Positions 38,617-49,260 are shown, counted from the first letter of the whole stretch. The stretch is DNA of 61,560 nt, filler included, from 5 parts of 5 records of this genome joined end to end with filler, not necessarily neighbours in it, one strand, 5' to 3'. Program-made: numbers and translations. The notes: generated by a model not told the origin, from the letters alone.

Positions 38617-39479
38617 CTTAATGCCTTAGAAAGAGACTGTTTACTAAGTTTCAATGCTACAAAAATAATAAGTGAAGATAAAACCAAAAGTAAAAACCCG
38701 AATGCTGAACCTTGATTCCAGTTAAAGCTTGAGATAAACTGATTATAGATTTGTTCAGTAAACCATAAAGAGTTTTTCCCACCAATTAGATTTGGAGTTA
38801 AATAGTTACCTAAAGTCAACATAAATACCACAATAGAACCAGATACAATTCCACTTGAAGCATATGGAATAATTATTTTGAAAAAGATTGTAAACTTTGA
38901 AGCTCCTAAATCATAAGCAGCTTCTATATAAGAATCATCCATGCCTTCTAAAGCAGACATTATAGGAACAACCATAAAAAGCATAGAAGTATAAACTAAT
39001 CCCATAATCATGCTAATATCGTTGTATAAAAACTCTATACCTTTTGAAGTTAGTCCGAAATATTGTAAGAAAAAGTTTATAATACCACTTTCTCTTAATA
39101 AAATTGTCCATCCATAAACCCTTACTAACTCACTAACCCAAAAGGGCAAAAGTAAAAGGATTGATAAAAAAAGTGCATACTTTTTATTTACAATTTTAGT
39201 GATATAAAAAGCAACAGGAAAAGTAACTACAAAAGTTAAAAAGGTTACAAAGATAGCATAAGAGGCAGTTCTTACAAAAGTATACCAATAAACTTCATTG
39301 TTAAAAAACTCTTTATAGTTTGCAAAAGACCAAACTAAACCCCCATAATCATCTTCTGCTTGAAAAGACATAAGTAGTAATTCAAATTGTGGTAAAACTA
39401 TAAGTAAAAAAAGCCATAACAATACTGGTAAAAGCAAAAGATAAATACCAAATTGAAACCTTAAATCTTTTAGTTTCAT
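38613..39479 (-). CDS. Polyamine-type ABC permease (PotB-like)
   Basis: LPFWVSELVRVYGW, IEAAYDLGA. Confidence 0.88.
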   Translation of the reverse strand: MKLKDLRFQFGIYLLLLPVLLWLFLLIVLPQFELLLMSFQAEDDYGGLVWSFANYKEFFNNEVYWYTFVRTASYAIFVTFLTFVVTFPVAFYITKIVNKKYALFLSILLLLPFWVSELVRVYGWTILLRESGIINFFLQYFGLTSKGIEFLYNDISMIMGLVYTSMLFMVVPIMSALEGMDDSYIEAAYDLGASKFTIFFKIIIPYASSGIVSGSIVVFMLTLGNYLTPNLIGGKNSLWFTEQIYNQFISSFNWNQGSAFGFLLLVLSSLIIFVALKLSKQSLSKALR

Positions 39480-40528
39480 CTAAAAACCTTACAATCTTCT
39501 TTGCTAACCCCTGCTTTTATCTTATCCCCAATTTTAATCTCTTTGAATTGTTTATTTTGAGGAAGTGAAATCATTATCTCTTTTTTACTTGCTAAAGTTG
39601 CAAGAAGTTTAGTATTTGAACCATCAAATAGTATATTGACAATATCAACTTCAAAGTAGTTTATATCTTCTATATTTTCACTTGGATTTATAATAATAGC
39701 TTCAGGTCTTATATATAAAGAACACTCTTCATCAACTGAGTCTATAAAACTTGCATTAAATTTTATATTTTGACTTTCAACTTTTCCATCTGAATTTTTT
39801 TTTGCTTCTAAAATATTTGTTTCCCCAACAAAAGAGGCTACAAAAGCAGTTTTAGGATTTGCATATAAGTTTTGAGGAGTATCAATTTGTTCAAATACAC
39901 CTTGATTCATAACTGCAACTCTATCACTCATAACTAAAGCTTCTGATTGGTCATGAGTTATATAGATAAAAGTTGTTCCAAACTCATGTTGAAGCTTTTT
40001 TAACTCTATTTTCATAGATTCACGAAGTTTTAAATCTAATGCACCTAAAGGCTCATCTAAAAGTAATATTGAGGGTTCAAGTATCAAAGACCTTGCTATT
40101 GCAACCCTTTGCTTTTGACCTCCCGATAAAGATGAAACATCTTTATTTTCATATCCACTTAAATGAACTTTTTCTAAAATCTCTTTAACTTTTTTATCAA
40201 TCTCAACTTTAGACACTTTTCTTCTTTTTAATCCAAAAGCGATATTCTCATACACATTCATCATGGGGAAAAGTGCTAAGTTTTGAAATACTAAATTAAC
40301 AGGTCTTTTATTTGCTGGAATATTTAACATCGACTTGTCATTTATGATTATGTCACCTGATGTTGGTTGTGTAAATCCAGATATCATTCGAAGAAGTGTT
40401 GTTTTTCCACACCCTGATGGGCCCAATATTGAGAAGAACTCACCTTGTTTTACTTGCAAATTAATCTTCTTAACTGCAAGGTGGTCTGCGAACTCTTTTC
40501 GCAGACTCTTAATACTTAAAATGCTCAT
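39476..40528 (-). CDS. Polyamine-type ABC ATP-binding protein (PotA-like)
   Basis: GPSGCGKTT, FQNLALFP, LSGGQKQRVA, LDEPLGALD, THDQ. Confidence 0.92.
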   Translation of the reverse strand: MSILSIKSLRKEFADHLAVKKINLQVKQGEFFSILGPSGCGKTTLLRMISGFTQPTSGDIIINDKSMLNIPANKRPVNLVFQNLALFPMMNVYENIAFGLKRRKVSKVEIDKKVKEILEKVHLSGYENKDVSSLSGGQKQRVAIARSLILEPSILLLDEPLGALDLKLRESMKIELKKLQHEFGTTFIYITHDQSEALVMSDRVAVMNQGVFEQIDTPQNLYANPKTAFVASFVGETNILEAKKNSDGKVESQNIKFNASFIDSVDEECSLYIRPEAIIINPSENIEDINYFEVDIVNILFDGSNTKLLATLASKKEIMISLPQNKQFKEIKIGDKIKAGVSKEDCKVFR

Positions 40529-40557
40529 TAATTTCCTTGCCTTAAAGCTTTAAATTT

Positions 40558-41622
40558 TTAGTTTGAAGCTTTAATTCTATCTAAAAGTTTTCCCTCTATT
40601 TTTTCTAGTTTTGCTGGAACTGGAGGATACCAGTTTATGTTATCTATATCAGCTTTTGTAAAAGATCTTTCAAAGTTACCTTTTATCTCTTTTTCTAAAA
40701 ACTCATTTGCACCATCTGAAGCTGTTCCGTACCCTTCTTTATTTGTAAAGTATGCTGCATTTTGTGGTTCTAACATAAAGTTAATCCATGCATAAGCACC
40801 TTTTATATTTTTAGCTTTTGCAGGGATTGCAAATGTATCAATCCAACCTAAAGCTCCACTTTTTGGCGCAACAAAATCTATATCAGGGTTCTCTTTATGA
40901 AGTTTCCAACCACCGTTGTCCCAACCCATTGCAACAACAACTTCACCACTTCTCATTAACTCCAATAAAGAATCACCATTTGACCAGTAGTTTTTAACAT
41001 AAGGTTTTGCATCTATTAAATCTTTTGCAACACCTTCCATAAGAGTTTTATAAGCTGTTACATCTGTATATTTTTCAAAAGGTTTTCCACCTTTTGCAAA
41101 TGCAACACCAATAAGAGTTGGTCTTTTTAGTCTATATGAGATTTTTCCTGAATATTGTTTGTCTAATAATGCATCATAATCTACAGCATTTGCTGCATAT
41201 TTTTTATTTACAATAAGTCCAGATGTTCCATAACAAAAAGGAACAGCGAAAGACTCATCTTTTACTTTTGTATTCTTTTTAACAGCAGCTAACATTGATG
41301 GAACTATTGAAGATGAATCGATTTTAGTATAATCAATTGCTTTGTAGATTTTATATTTGGCTTGAACAGAAGAAATTCTGTCTTGACTTGGTTGCGCAAC
41401 ATCAAAACCTGCACCTCTTGTTGCTCTTAGTTTAGCAATCATCTCTTCATTATTTGAGTAGGTAACTTCAACTTTATAACCTGTTTTTTTCTCAAATTTT
41501 TCAATTAATGCCTTTGGAGCATAACCTTTCCAAGTAAGTATTTTTAATGTATCTTGAGCTATTGCAGAATTTGATAAAACACCTAAAGCTAAAACACAAG
41601 AAAATGCAATTTTTCTTTTCAT
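40558..41622 (-). CDS. Polyamine-type ABC substrate-binding protein (PotD/PotF-like)
   Basis: Signal peptide, LTWKGY, SNNEEMIAKL, PKSG..GWID, AYAWINFML.P. Confidence 0.88.
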   Translation of the reverse strand: MKRKIAFSCVLALGVLSNSAIAQDTLKILTWKGYAPKALIEKFEKKTGYKVEVTYSNNEEMIAKLRATRGAGFDVAQPSQDRISSVQAKYKIYKAIDYTKIDSSSIVPSMLAAVKKNTKVKDESFAVPFCYGTSGLIVNKKYAANAVDYDALLDKQYSGKISYRLKRPTLIGVAFAKGGKPFEKYTDVTAYKTLMEGVAKDLIDAKPYVKNYWSNGDSLLELMRSGEVVVAMGWDNGGWKLHKENPDIDFVAPKSGALGWIDTFAIPAKAKNIKGAYAWINFMLEPQNAAYFTNKEGYGTASDGANEFLEKEIKGNFERSFTKADIDNINWYPPVPAKLEKIEGKLLDRIKASN

Positions 41623-41722
41623 TTTTCATCCTTGTAAAATTTTCTTAGTTATCTTACCATTAAAATGTTACAGGAGAGTTCCAAAAATCTACATAAAAAT
41701 TATACTTTTTTGAATCCTTGAA

Positions 41723-42790
41723 TTATTTTTTGGGTATAAAATACATAACAGTTTCATATATACCTTCCATATAATGTCTTAAAAAAACATCATAATCTTT
41801 TTGGATTTCTAAAACTAATTGCGGAACTTTATACCAATCTTGAGCTTTATGATAAACACAAATTGCAAGTATTGGTTTGTATTTTTTGATAGTATTTTTT
41901 GCTCCAATTATTGCATCTTGTTCAGCACCTTCAATATCAAGTTTTATAAAATCAACTTTTTCATCTATTAGATTATCAATTGTATTTATATTTAAAGCTT
42001 GATAGTCATGTTGTCCATGGTGAAGTTGGTTTGAGATATCTTTTTCTTCTACTTTTTCTTTTCCTAAACCACAATTTACAAACTCAATATTAGGAAGTTT
42101 TTCAAAATCTCTTTTTGCTATATTTATATGAAGTTCATTTGGTTCGAAACAATATATTTTTTTATAATCAGGGAAATACTCAATAATCTGTGGAAGTGTA
42201 TCTCCAACATAAGCTCCTCCATCTACAAAAACTACATCTTTGATTTTAGGAATAAGCTCTTCATCAAAATATTGTTCTTTGAAGTTATTTGTAAAGCCTG
42301 CCATAAAATCAAAATCAAAACTTATTTTAAAGTTTATAATTTTTGTAAATACCTCTTTTGATTTTTTATCAGCTAGAAGTTCAAAAACCTCTTTATATCT
42401 ATTTTGATTGTTTTTATAATCTTCTTTAAAATCACAAATAAATGGTGGTTGTTTTAATTCTAAGTTTGAGTATTTGAAAAAAGCAAGATAGTTTATATGT
42501 TCAAAACCTCTTTTATCAAGTTCAGTTTTTACTTCAAGTGGACTTCCTGTTGATACTGAAAGTATTAATGCATCATTTGGAACATCATCAATTTTATAGA
42601 TTGTTTTTTTTCTTGAGCTTTGAACTCTTGTAAAGTCGTCAATTACTCCATCAACTTCAACATATTTTTGAATCGATTTTGTAAATTTGTTTATTCCTAA
42701 AATAAACTTTTTTCTTGTAGTTGAAGAGATAAACTCCTCAACTAGTTTTTTATCATATTCATTTGTATAATCTAGACTTACTAAATCCAT
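41723..42790 (-). CDS. FkbM-family methyltransferase
   Basis: QYFD, FVDGGAYVGD, FEP, FIKLDIEGAE, LAICVYH, LRHY. Confidence 0.9.
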   Translation of the reverse strand: MDLVSLDYTNEYDKKLVEEFISSTTRKKFILGINKFTKSIQKYVEVDGVIDDFTRVQSSRKKTIYKIDDVPNDALILSVSTGSPLEVKTELDKRGFEHINYLAFFKYSNLELKQPPFICDFKEDYKNNQNRYKEVFELLADKKSKEVFTKIINFKISFDFDFMAGFTNNFKEQYFDEELIPKIKDVVFVDGGAYVGDTLPQIIEYFPDYKKIYCFEPNELHINIAKRDFEKLPNIEFVNCGLGKEKVEEKDISNQLHHGQHDYQALNINTIDNLIDEKVDFIKLDIEGAEQDAIIGAKNTIKKYKPILAICVYHKAQDWYKVPQLVLEIQKDYDVFLRHYMEGIYETVMYFIPKK

Positions 42791-42791
42791 T

Positions 42792-43673
42792 TTAGCTAAT
42801 CAAAGCCTTTAAACTTTTTGCAGTATAAAGTTTTAGACCCTCGCCTTTTTCACTTTTTAGTTCGTTTGTAAATCCACTTTTAGAAAATAAAACTACCTCA
42901 TCAGGTACTATTTCTAATTTTTCACATATAGTTTTAAGTCTTGAAAGTTCTGTTTTTTTCATCTTTGAGTTTGTATATCTGCATGAACCTATTATGATTT
43001 TTCCATTTTCAGTTTGAGCGAATAGATCTATTTCATTATTCTCATCATCCCAAAATCTTCCAATCTCTTCAATTTTGTCATCTTGATAAATCTCTTTAAT
43101 ATATTCATGAGAAAGTTGTTCAAAGATTAGGTGCATAAACTCTGCTTGATAGTTATTAAATCTTTCAAAACATTCATCATAGTCACCTCTTGAAACTCCT
43201 CTATATAAAGGTGAAACAAAAGCAAACCAAAATCTTAAGAAAGGTGCAGTAAAAAGAAGTTTGTCTGCTACATCATTCTCTTCAAATTTGTTTGTTAAAA
43301 AATCCAATGAAGTTTCTATTTGGATTATATTTAATTCTTCTAACTGATTTACAGCTTCAATACCCTCTTTGTATTCTATTTCTGCTCTTTTAAAAGCTGA
43401 ATTAACTCTTCTGTCACCTAATGCAATTCCAGTTAAAACTTTATGATATGGAGCTTGATTTTTCGTCTCTTTTTGTAATATATCTTGTATCGTATAGTAC
43501 TCATCTAAGATATGTCTTATTATAAGAGTTCTTAGAGGTTTTGTTGTATCGATTTTTATATCAAGTCCACCAAATACTGCAAAATAGTTTATTGCTGTTT
43601 GCATATCTTTTGGTTTATTAGTTTCACAAAATATTTGAAACTGTTCTTTTAATGTTTTGTCATTTAGTATAAT
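42792..43673 (-). CDS. DUF234-type protein with C-terminal PD-(D/E)xK-like region
   Basis: YFAVFGG, PFLRFWF, FEQL, GRFWD...EIDL, FSKSGF; frame extends 23 codons upstream of ATG 43604 to ATT 43673. Confidence 0.8.
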   Translation of the reverse strand: MILNDKTLKEQFQIFCETNKPKDMQTAINYFAVFGGLDIKIDTTKPLRTLIIRHILDEYYTIQDILQKETKNQAPYHKVLTGIALGDRRVNSAFKRAEIEYKEGIEAVNQLEELNIIQIETSLDFLTNKFEENDVADKLLFTAPFLRFWFAFVSPLYRGVSRGDYDECFERFNNYQAEFMHLIFEQLSHEYIKEIYQDDKIEEIGRFWDDENNEIDLFAQTENGKIIIGSCRYTNSKMKKTELSRLKTICEKLEIVPDEVVLFSKSGFTNELKSEKGEGLKLYTAKSLKALIS

Positions 43674-43713
43674 GGGAAAACCTTTTTATTTTTTTGAAGT
43701 ATAACATAAATCA

Positions 43714-44160
43714 CTATAGATATTTTTGTAAGAAAGCATTCAAAGAGTTTGCAAAACTTTGAACATCATTTTGAGAAAAAGGTTTTGGTCCTTTTGTTAT
43801 CTCTCCACTATCTCTAATCTCTTGCATTAAATTTCTTATTGCTAGATATTGTTTTATATTATCTTCTGTATAAAGCTCACCTCTATGATCTATTGCATGA
43901 GCTTGTTTTTCAATAACTCTATTTGCCAAAGGAATATCTGCTGTTATAACCAAATCACCCTCTTCTAAGAGTTCAACTATTTTATTATCAGCTTCATCTG
44001 CTCCTTGTTCTACTATTTCATAGTTTATAAAAGAGCTTTTTCCTATATTTACTTTTTTGTTTGAGATAACTTGTGTTTTAAGAGATTTTCTTTCAATGGC
44101 TCTTAAAACAACAGGCTTTAGAAGATTAGGGAACGCATCTGCATCTATATATAAAGTCAT
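43714..44160 (-). CDS. YaiI/YqxD (UPF0178) family protein
   Basis: IDADA.P, GADEAD, GDLVITADIPLA. Confidence 0.9.
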   Translation of the reverse strand: MTLYIDADAFPNLLKPVVLRAIERKSLKTQVISNKKVNIGKSSFINYEIVEQGADEADNKIVELLEEGDLVITADIPLANRVIEKQAHAIDHRGELYTEDNIKQYLAIRNLMQEIRDSGEITKGPKPFSQNDVQSFANSLNAFLQKYL

Positions 44161-44345
44161 AGAATCTCTTGAACTCGCCCTACTTGTCCATCTTGAAGTC
44201 TAACTTTTATTCCGTGGGGATGGGTTGGAGAGTTTGTTAATATATTTTTTACTATCCCTTGAGTTAATTTACCCGTTCTTTGGTCTTGTTTTAAAACAAT
44301 ATTTACTTTCATTCCTTGCTTTATATTGAACCTTTTTCTATGCAT
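44157..44345 (-). CDS. YwbE (DUF2196) family protein
   Basis: VLKQDQRTGKLT.G.V..ILT.S..HPHGIKVRL.DGQVGRV. Confidence 0.9.
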   Translation of the reverse strand: MHRKRFNIKQGMKVNIVLKQDQRTGKLTQGIVKNILTNSPTHPHGIKVRLQDGQVGRVQEIL

Positions 44346-44823
44346 TGTAGCTTAGTACCTTTTTTGCTTCATTTAGATTGTAAAAAAAGATTGCTTTAAA
44401 AGCAAAAGTTGTTTTAGTTTTTTTCTCTTCACTTGTATCTAAAATAGAAAAAGAAAAACTCTCATTTTCATTCTCTTTTGATTCAAAAGTTATTGTTACT
44501 GATTTTAAAGTTCTCATCATATTCATAGTAATTTTATACTCTTTTGGGTTAGTCCCGTTTAGCATGTCACCATTTTTTTCTTCTCTTCTGATTGCTTCAA
44601 AAAGTGCTGTAAATGTATCTTTGAACATAGGCTTACTCAGTGTTACTTTTACATTTGTTGTGTGAAATGTACCAGTTTTATTTAATAAAGGATTAGGCTT
44701 GATATCTCTGATATCCTCAATCATCTTTAAAAAAGGGTTTTTCCCACCTAATACATTACTATAATTATCAAAACAAGAATTAATCTCTTCTTTTATTGAT
44801 ACATCAAGTTTATTAAAATCCAT
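44338..44823 (-). CDS. Hypothetical protein
   Basis: 161-aa ORF in AT-rich DNA, SD GGAG, overlaps the ywbE-like start. Confidence 0.75.
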   Translation of the reverse strand: MDFNKLDVSIKEEINSCFDNYSNVLGGKNPFLKMIEDIRDIKPNPLLNKTGTFHTTNVKVTLSKPMFKDTFTALFEAIRREEKNGDMLNGTNPKEYKITMNMMRTLKSVTITFESKENENESFSFSILDTSEEKKTKTTFAFKAIFFYNLNEAKKVLSYNA

Positions 44824-44909
44824 AAATCTCCGTTCATTATTAACTATTTAATTTTATTAATTAAAAAAATGTATTTTATCTAAATTATGAGTATTTTTAT
44901 CAATATTTT

Positions 44910-44938
44910 AAAAGAAAGGGGAATTTTCCCTCTCTTTT
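44910..44938 (-). terminator. Intrinsic terminator after the MCP gene
   Basis: Minus strand AGAGAGGG-loop-CCCTTTCT followed by a U-run. Confidence 0.55.
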
Positions 44939-45258
44939 ATTCTTTTCTAAATTGTTTTGTACTTACATTATCAATTATATTTTGAGCAATATTTGAAGTA
45001 TCGCTAGAAATTTGGTGAGTATGATTTGCAACATTTGCATTTTCTTGAGTTCTTGAATCAAGTTTTGCAACTGCATCATTGATTTGTTCTATACCTTGTT
45101 TTTGCTCTTTTGAAGCACTCTCAATTTGAGAGATAAGTTGGGTAGTTTTATTTATGTTATCATTTAAAATAGAATAACCATTTATCATCTCATCGGCATT
45201 TTTCTTACCTGTATTTGTTTTAATTGTCGCATTTTCAACAAGTTCTTTAATCTCTTTT
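44937..45258 (-). CDS. Methyl-accepting chemotaxis protein, C-terminal part (5' truncated)
   Basis: KEIKELVE...ASKEQ..GIEQIN.AV..LD..TQENA signalling-domain motifs. Confidence 0.9.
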
Positions 45259-45358
45259 NNNNNNNNNNNNNNNNNNNNNNNNNNNNNNNNNNNNNNNNNN
45301 NNTTAATTAATTAANNNNNNNNNNNNNNNNNNNNNNNNNNNNNNNNNNNNNNNNNNNN
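45259..45358. other. Artificial contig linker
   Basis: N44-TTAATTAATTAA-N44. Confidence 0.98.
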
Positions 45359-45672
45359 TGGCCAAATATGTGGATGCCTTTACCTGGCAGAAAGGCTCTG
45401 TGGGGTTCCATATTGCGAGCTCGGAATGCCAGACATTAAAAAGGAAGAACACCAGGGTCTGGTGCAAGAAAATGCTGGACTACGGTATTGCCGCAACCGT
45501 GGGGCCTGTGGGCGAACCCTATGTCCAGTCCTTTCCCATGCCTGAGATATTTTTCGATTACCTGTCCCGGGGCCGTCTGACCCTTGCGGAATCCTATCTG
45601 ATCAGCCTGCCCTATTTGTCCTGGAAAATGGTTTTGGTGGGGGATCCTCTGTATCGTGTTCGTCTGAAATAA
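45359..45672 (+). CDS. TIGR03790-like protein, C-terminal part (5' truncated)
   Basis: GSVGFHIASSE, AT.GPV.EPY..FP.P, LSW...VGDPLY; PEP-CTERM context. Confidence 0.75.
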
Positions 45673-45758
45673 CAGCGGATCTTGATTTTTAGGGCGCTAT
45701 TGTATAGATATTTTATAATCGTTCACCTGTTTTTTTTATTTAAAAAAGGAAAAATACC

Positions 45759-48095
45759 ATGTCCAGATTCGGACGGATCGTTTTCATTTTTGCAGTCTGT
45801 TTTTTCATCGCCGGTTGCGGTGAAGATAATCAAAGTCAGGTGAATGCGCATATCGAAAGTGCCCGGCAGTTTATTGCCCAGGAAAAAGCACAGACGGCCA
45901 TTGTCGAATACAGGAATGCATTAAATCTGGATCCGGATAATGATGTGGCCTTGTTTGAACTGGCCGAGGCCTATATTCTCGCAGGACAGGTCAGCAGCGC
46001 CATCCGGTATTATAATCTGGCGGCAAATGCCAATCCGGAGACCATTGTTCCCTATCTCAGGCTTGCCCAGATCAATATACAGACAGGTCATCTCATGGAG
46101 GCCAGAAATTATATTTCAAAGGTATTGGAAATTTCCCCCGTATCTGTTGAAGCACACCATCTGCTGTCCGGTGTCCAGATTGGGGAAAGGGATATTGATT
46201 CAGCCATAGAAACCCTTAACAAGGCTGTTTTATTAGATGATAAAAATATAAAGACCTATATATCCCTTGCCCGTCTCTATGAGATGGCCCAGGATGCGGA
46301 TAAAGCAGAAAATGCCTATAGAGCCGCCATAAGAAATGATACTGCTTCCAGGGATGCCTATATGGGGCTGGCCAGGCTGTACGGACGCCAAAATAAATGG
46401 GATAAGGCTGAAACCCTATTAAAAGAGGTGTTGAAAACTCCGGGGATTAAAATTCAAAAAAATACGGATATGGCCCTGTTTTATCAGGGGCGCATGAAAA
46501 ATGACCTGGCTAAAAAATATTTTCAGGAAGCGGTTCTTCACGGAAAGGATAAGGTGGAACCTCTGATTAATTTAGGGGAATTTTATACCCGGATTGGTGA
46601 AGAGGAAAATGCCGTTATAACCATGGAAAACGCTTTGGCTAAAGATCCTGGAAACAAAATGATTTTTACGGGTCTTGCCCAGATTTATCTCCATTTTAAC
46701 AGGGTTGATAAGGCTGAAGAAACCATAGATAAAGCCCTGTCCATTGATAATAATGATCCGGATGCCTTGTTTCAAAAGGGCCGGATTTTTATGGCAAAAA
46801 ATAATTATAAAGAAGCGCTGAACCGGTTTGACCAGGTTATAACATTGAATAATATTAATGCCCAGGCTTACTATTATAGGGCGTTATGCATCCAAAAGCG
46901 GGGGGCTACGGATCGGCCCGAACAGAAAATATTCAGGGCGGCTGCGGGAATGCTGAACAATCCCGAAGAATTTGAGCGGGACCAGGTAAAAAATAATCTT
47001 CTGGCATCCATTACCATTGATCCGAACATGATAGATGCCAGGCTTAAGCTTGCGGAAATTTATATAATTGAAAAAAATATAAAAAAAGCCCGGGAGCAAA
47101 TGGAAGACATTTTTAAACGGTCAAAACCCAACAACAGGATAATGACACTGGTGTCGGGACTCCAGCTGCTTGAAGGGGATATCAAAGGGGCGGAAGAAAT
47201 TCTGCAGTCCATAATAAAAAACAGCCCCGGCTATATTCCCGCTTACATCCGTATGGCAATACTTTACCGGTCGACGGACAGGCCGGATAAGGCATTGGAA
47301 TATTTCCAGGCGGCTTTTGAGAAAAATCCGGATCAGGTCGGTATTGTAAAAATGATGGCCGGGATTTATCAAGGCCGCAAGGAATATGGGTTGGCTATTG
47401 ATTTGGTAAACAAAACAGCTGCAAAATCTAAACCGGATAAATTTCCTTTTTTTGAAAATTTAAAAGGTGAGATATATTTGGCTGACGGCAAGGTTGAAAA
47501 AGCGTTTGAATTTTTTTCAAGCGCATCCGAACGGGCCCCGGAGTATATTACCCCCCTTATGCATATGGCCCGAATGCTCACCCAAAAAAGAGAATTGAAC
47601 AGAGCCCTTGACCTGTATAAAAAAATTGAAGCGGTTAATCCTCAATATCTGCCGTCCCTTATTTCCATGGGGATTATCCATGATACCCTTGGAAATCAGG
47701 ACCAGGCTGAATTATATTATAGAAAGGTTCTTGAACAGGACCCGGGCCATGTCGATGCCGCCAATAACCTGGCCTTTATTTTGTCGGACAGGGACGGGGC
47801 AATAGATGAAGCCTTTAAATATGCCGGTATTGCCCGGGAAAAGGATCCTAAAAATCCCAATGTTCTGGATACCATGGGCTGGATTTTTTACCAGAAAGGC
47901 AATTACCTGAGTGCTATTTCCGAACTTGAGGAAAGCCTGAAACTTAATCCGGAAAATGCCCTAACCTGTTTTCACTATGGCATGGCATTGTACCGGAATC
48001 AGGAATTTGAAAAGGCAAGGCAATATTTTGAAAAGGCATTGGAACTGAACCCGGAATTTAAAGATGCGGCAACCGCTAAAAATATGCTCAATTAA
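45759..48095 (+). CDS. TPR-repeat lipoprotein (PrsT-like, PEP-CTERM system associated)
   Basis: Lipobox IAGC, many TPR repeats, AANNLA...DTMGWIFYQKG C-terminal motif. Confidence 0.85.
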   Translation: MSRFGRIVFIFAVCFFIAGCGEDNQSQVNAHIESARQFIAQEKAQTAIVEYRNALNLDPDNDVALFELAEAYILAGQVSSAIRYYNLAANANPETIVPYLRLAQINIQTGHLMEARNYISKVLEISPVSVEAHHLLSGVQIGERDIDSAIETLNKAVLLDDKNIKTYISLARLYEMAQDADKAENAYRAAIRNDTASRDAYMGLARLYGRQNKWDKAETLLKEVLKTPGIKIQKNTDMALFYQGRMKNDLAKKYFQEAVLHGKDKVEPLINLGEFYTRIGEEENAVITMENALAKDPGNKMIFTGLAQIYLHFNRVDKAEETIDKALSIDNNDPDALFQKGRIFMAKNNYKEALNRFDQVITLNNINAQAYYYRALCIQKRGATDRPEQKIFRAAAGMLNNPEEFERDQVKNNLLASITIDPNMIDARLKLAEIYIIEKNIKKAREQMEDIFKRSKPNNRIMTLVSGLQLLEGDIKGAEEILQSIIKNSPGYIPAYIRMAILYRSTDRPDKALEYFQAAFEKNPDQVGIVKMMAGIYQGRKEYGLAIDLVNKTAAKSKPDKFPFFENLKGEIYLADGKVEKAFEFFSSASERAPEYITPLMHMARMLTQKRELNRALDLYKKIEAVNPQYLPSLISMGIIHDTLGNQDQAELYYRKVLEQDPGHVDAANNLAFILSDRDGAIDEAFKYAGIAREKDPKNPNVLDTMGWIFYQKGNYLSAISELEESLKLNPENALTCFHYGMALYRNQEFEKARQYFEKALELNPEFKDAATAKNMLN

Positions 48096-48297
48096 AAAAA
48101 TATATTTATACGAATTTTTTTTTGCATAAAATATAACCTTTTTTTCCTATACATAAATAGAAAAGTTCCTAAATATAACCAAGCCGGATAATAGCAGGTC
48201 TGTTCAAGATTGCAGGGATTTTCGTGAAAAAATGTGAAACATTTAAATACAAATAGGTTGGGAGAAAATTAATTAAATAATAAGAAAAAAACATAAT

Positions 48298-48315
48298 CTG
48301 GCATTATGATTGCAT
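48298..48315 (+). promoter_or_regulatory. Sigma54 (-24/-12) promoter of the PEP-CTERM gene
   Basis: CTGGCA-TTATGA-TTGCAT with exact GG-N10-GC spacing, about 48 nt before ATG 48363. Confidence 0.75.
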
Positions 48316-48362
48316 TTGATAGCACTCGATTATATTTTTTACTTTCGAGTTCGAGGGGAATT

Positions 48363-49196
48363 ATGAAAAAACGGAATTTAATATCGGTCTTATTTTTAAC
48401 GGTTTTATTGGTGTTGCCGGCAATTTCTTATTCAAGTCCTAATATTATTATTGATGGGGCCATGTCTAACACTGAATGGGGCAGCTACCAGGCGAAAGAT
48501 TTTAACTATGGTGATTATCTGGGTCCGGGATACGGGGGCCAGAATTTTGATGTCGAACGGATCGGTATTTATGTTGATGACACCTATATGTATATAGGGC
48601 TTCAAACCGGGTTTGAACTGAACCACAGAGAGCCGGACGGTATTGATAATGTAAGACCCGGCCATATTGCAGTCGGGTTTACAGCCTATGACACCACTCC
48701 TGATCCTTATACCTCTTTAACCCCTTCGGACTACCAGTTTGCGTTTCAATTTGATTTCAGTAACGGGTGGAGTAACCCGGATCTGATTGCCCGTAAAGTT
48801 GATTCCTGGCATACTGTGGACTATCCCGATGGTGTGTATGCGCCTTATCCCTATGTCCCCGATAATGCTTCGCTGCTGGCGGATGGGGGCAGTGTCGTTG
48901 ATGTTGATTATCAAAGATATGGCGGTACGATGTATGATCCCTATAGAAATACATTGGAGGCAAAAATAAAATTAAGCTCCCTTAAAGCAGAGCTTTTGGG
49001 TTTTAATTTTGATGCCGGGTTTAATGCCAATGTGTTCTGGACCATGTCATGTAATAACGATATGCTGGGCAAAGCATTCAGTGTCGATCCCACACCCAGC
49101 GGAAACGCTGTTCCCGAGCCTGCAACCATTTTGCTGTTCGGCATCGGATTGCTGGGAGCAAGTGCTCTAGGGCGAAAAAAAATAAATTTAAACTAA
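48363..49196 (+). CDS. PEP-CTERM sorting domain protein
   Basis: Signal peptide; C-terminal VPEPATILLFGIGLLGASALGRKK. Confidence 0.93.
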   Translation: MKKRNLISVLFLTVLLVLPAISYSSPNIIIDGAMSNTEWGSYQAKDFNYGDYLGPGYGGQNFDVERIGIYVDDTYMYIGLQTGFELNHREPDGIDNVRPGHIAVGFTAYDTTPDPYTSLTPSDYQFAFQFDFSNGWSNPDLIARKVDSWHTVDYPDGVYAPYPYVPDNASLLADGGSVVDVDYQRYGGTMYDPYRNTLEAKIKLSSLKAELLGFNFDAGFNANVFWTMSCNNDMLGKAFSVDPTPSGNAVPEPATILLFGIGLLGASALGRKKINLN

Positions 49197-49221
49197 GTTT
49201 AAATATAAGTAGTTTTTACAG

Positions 49222-49260
49222 AACAGGCTGTATAGAGTATGCATGCAGCCTGTTTTTTTT
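49222..49260 (+). terminator. Intrinsic terminator
   Basis: AACAGGCTGTAT...ATGCAGCCTGTT stem plus a T-run. Confidence 0.8.
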
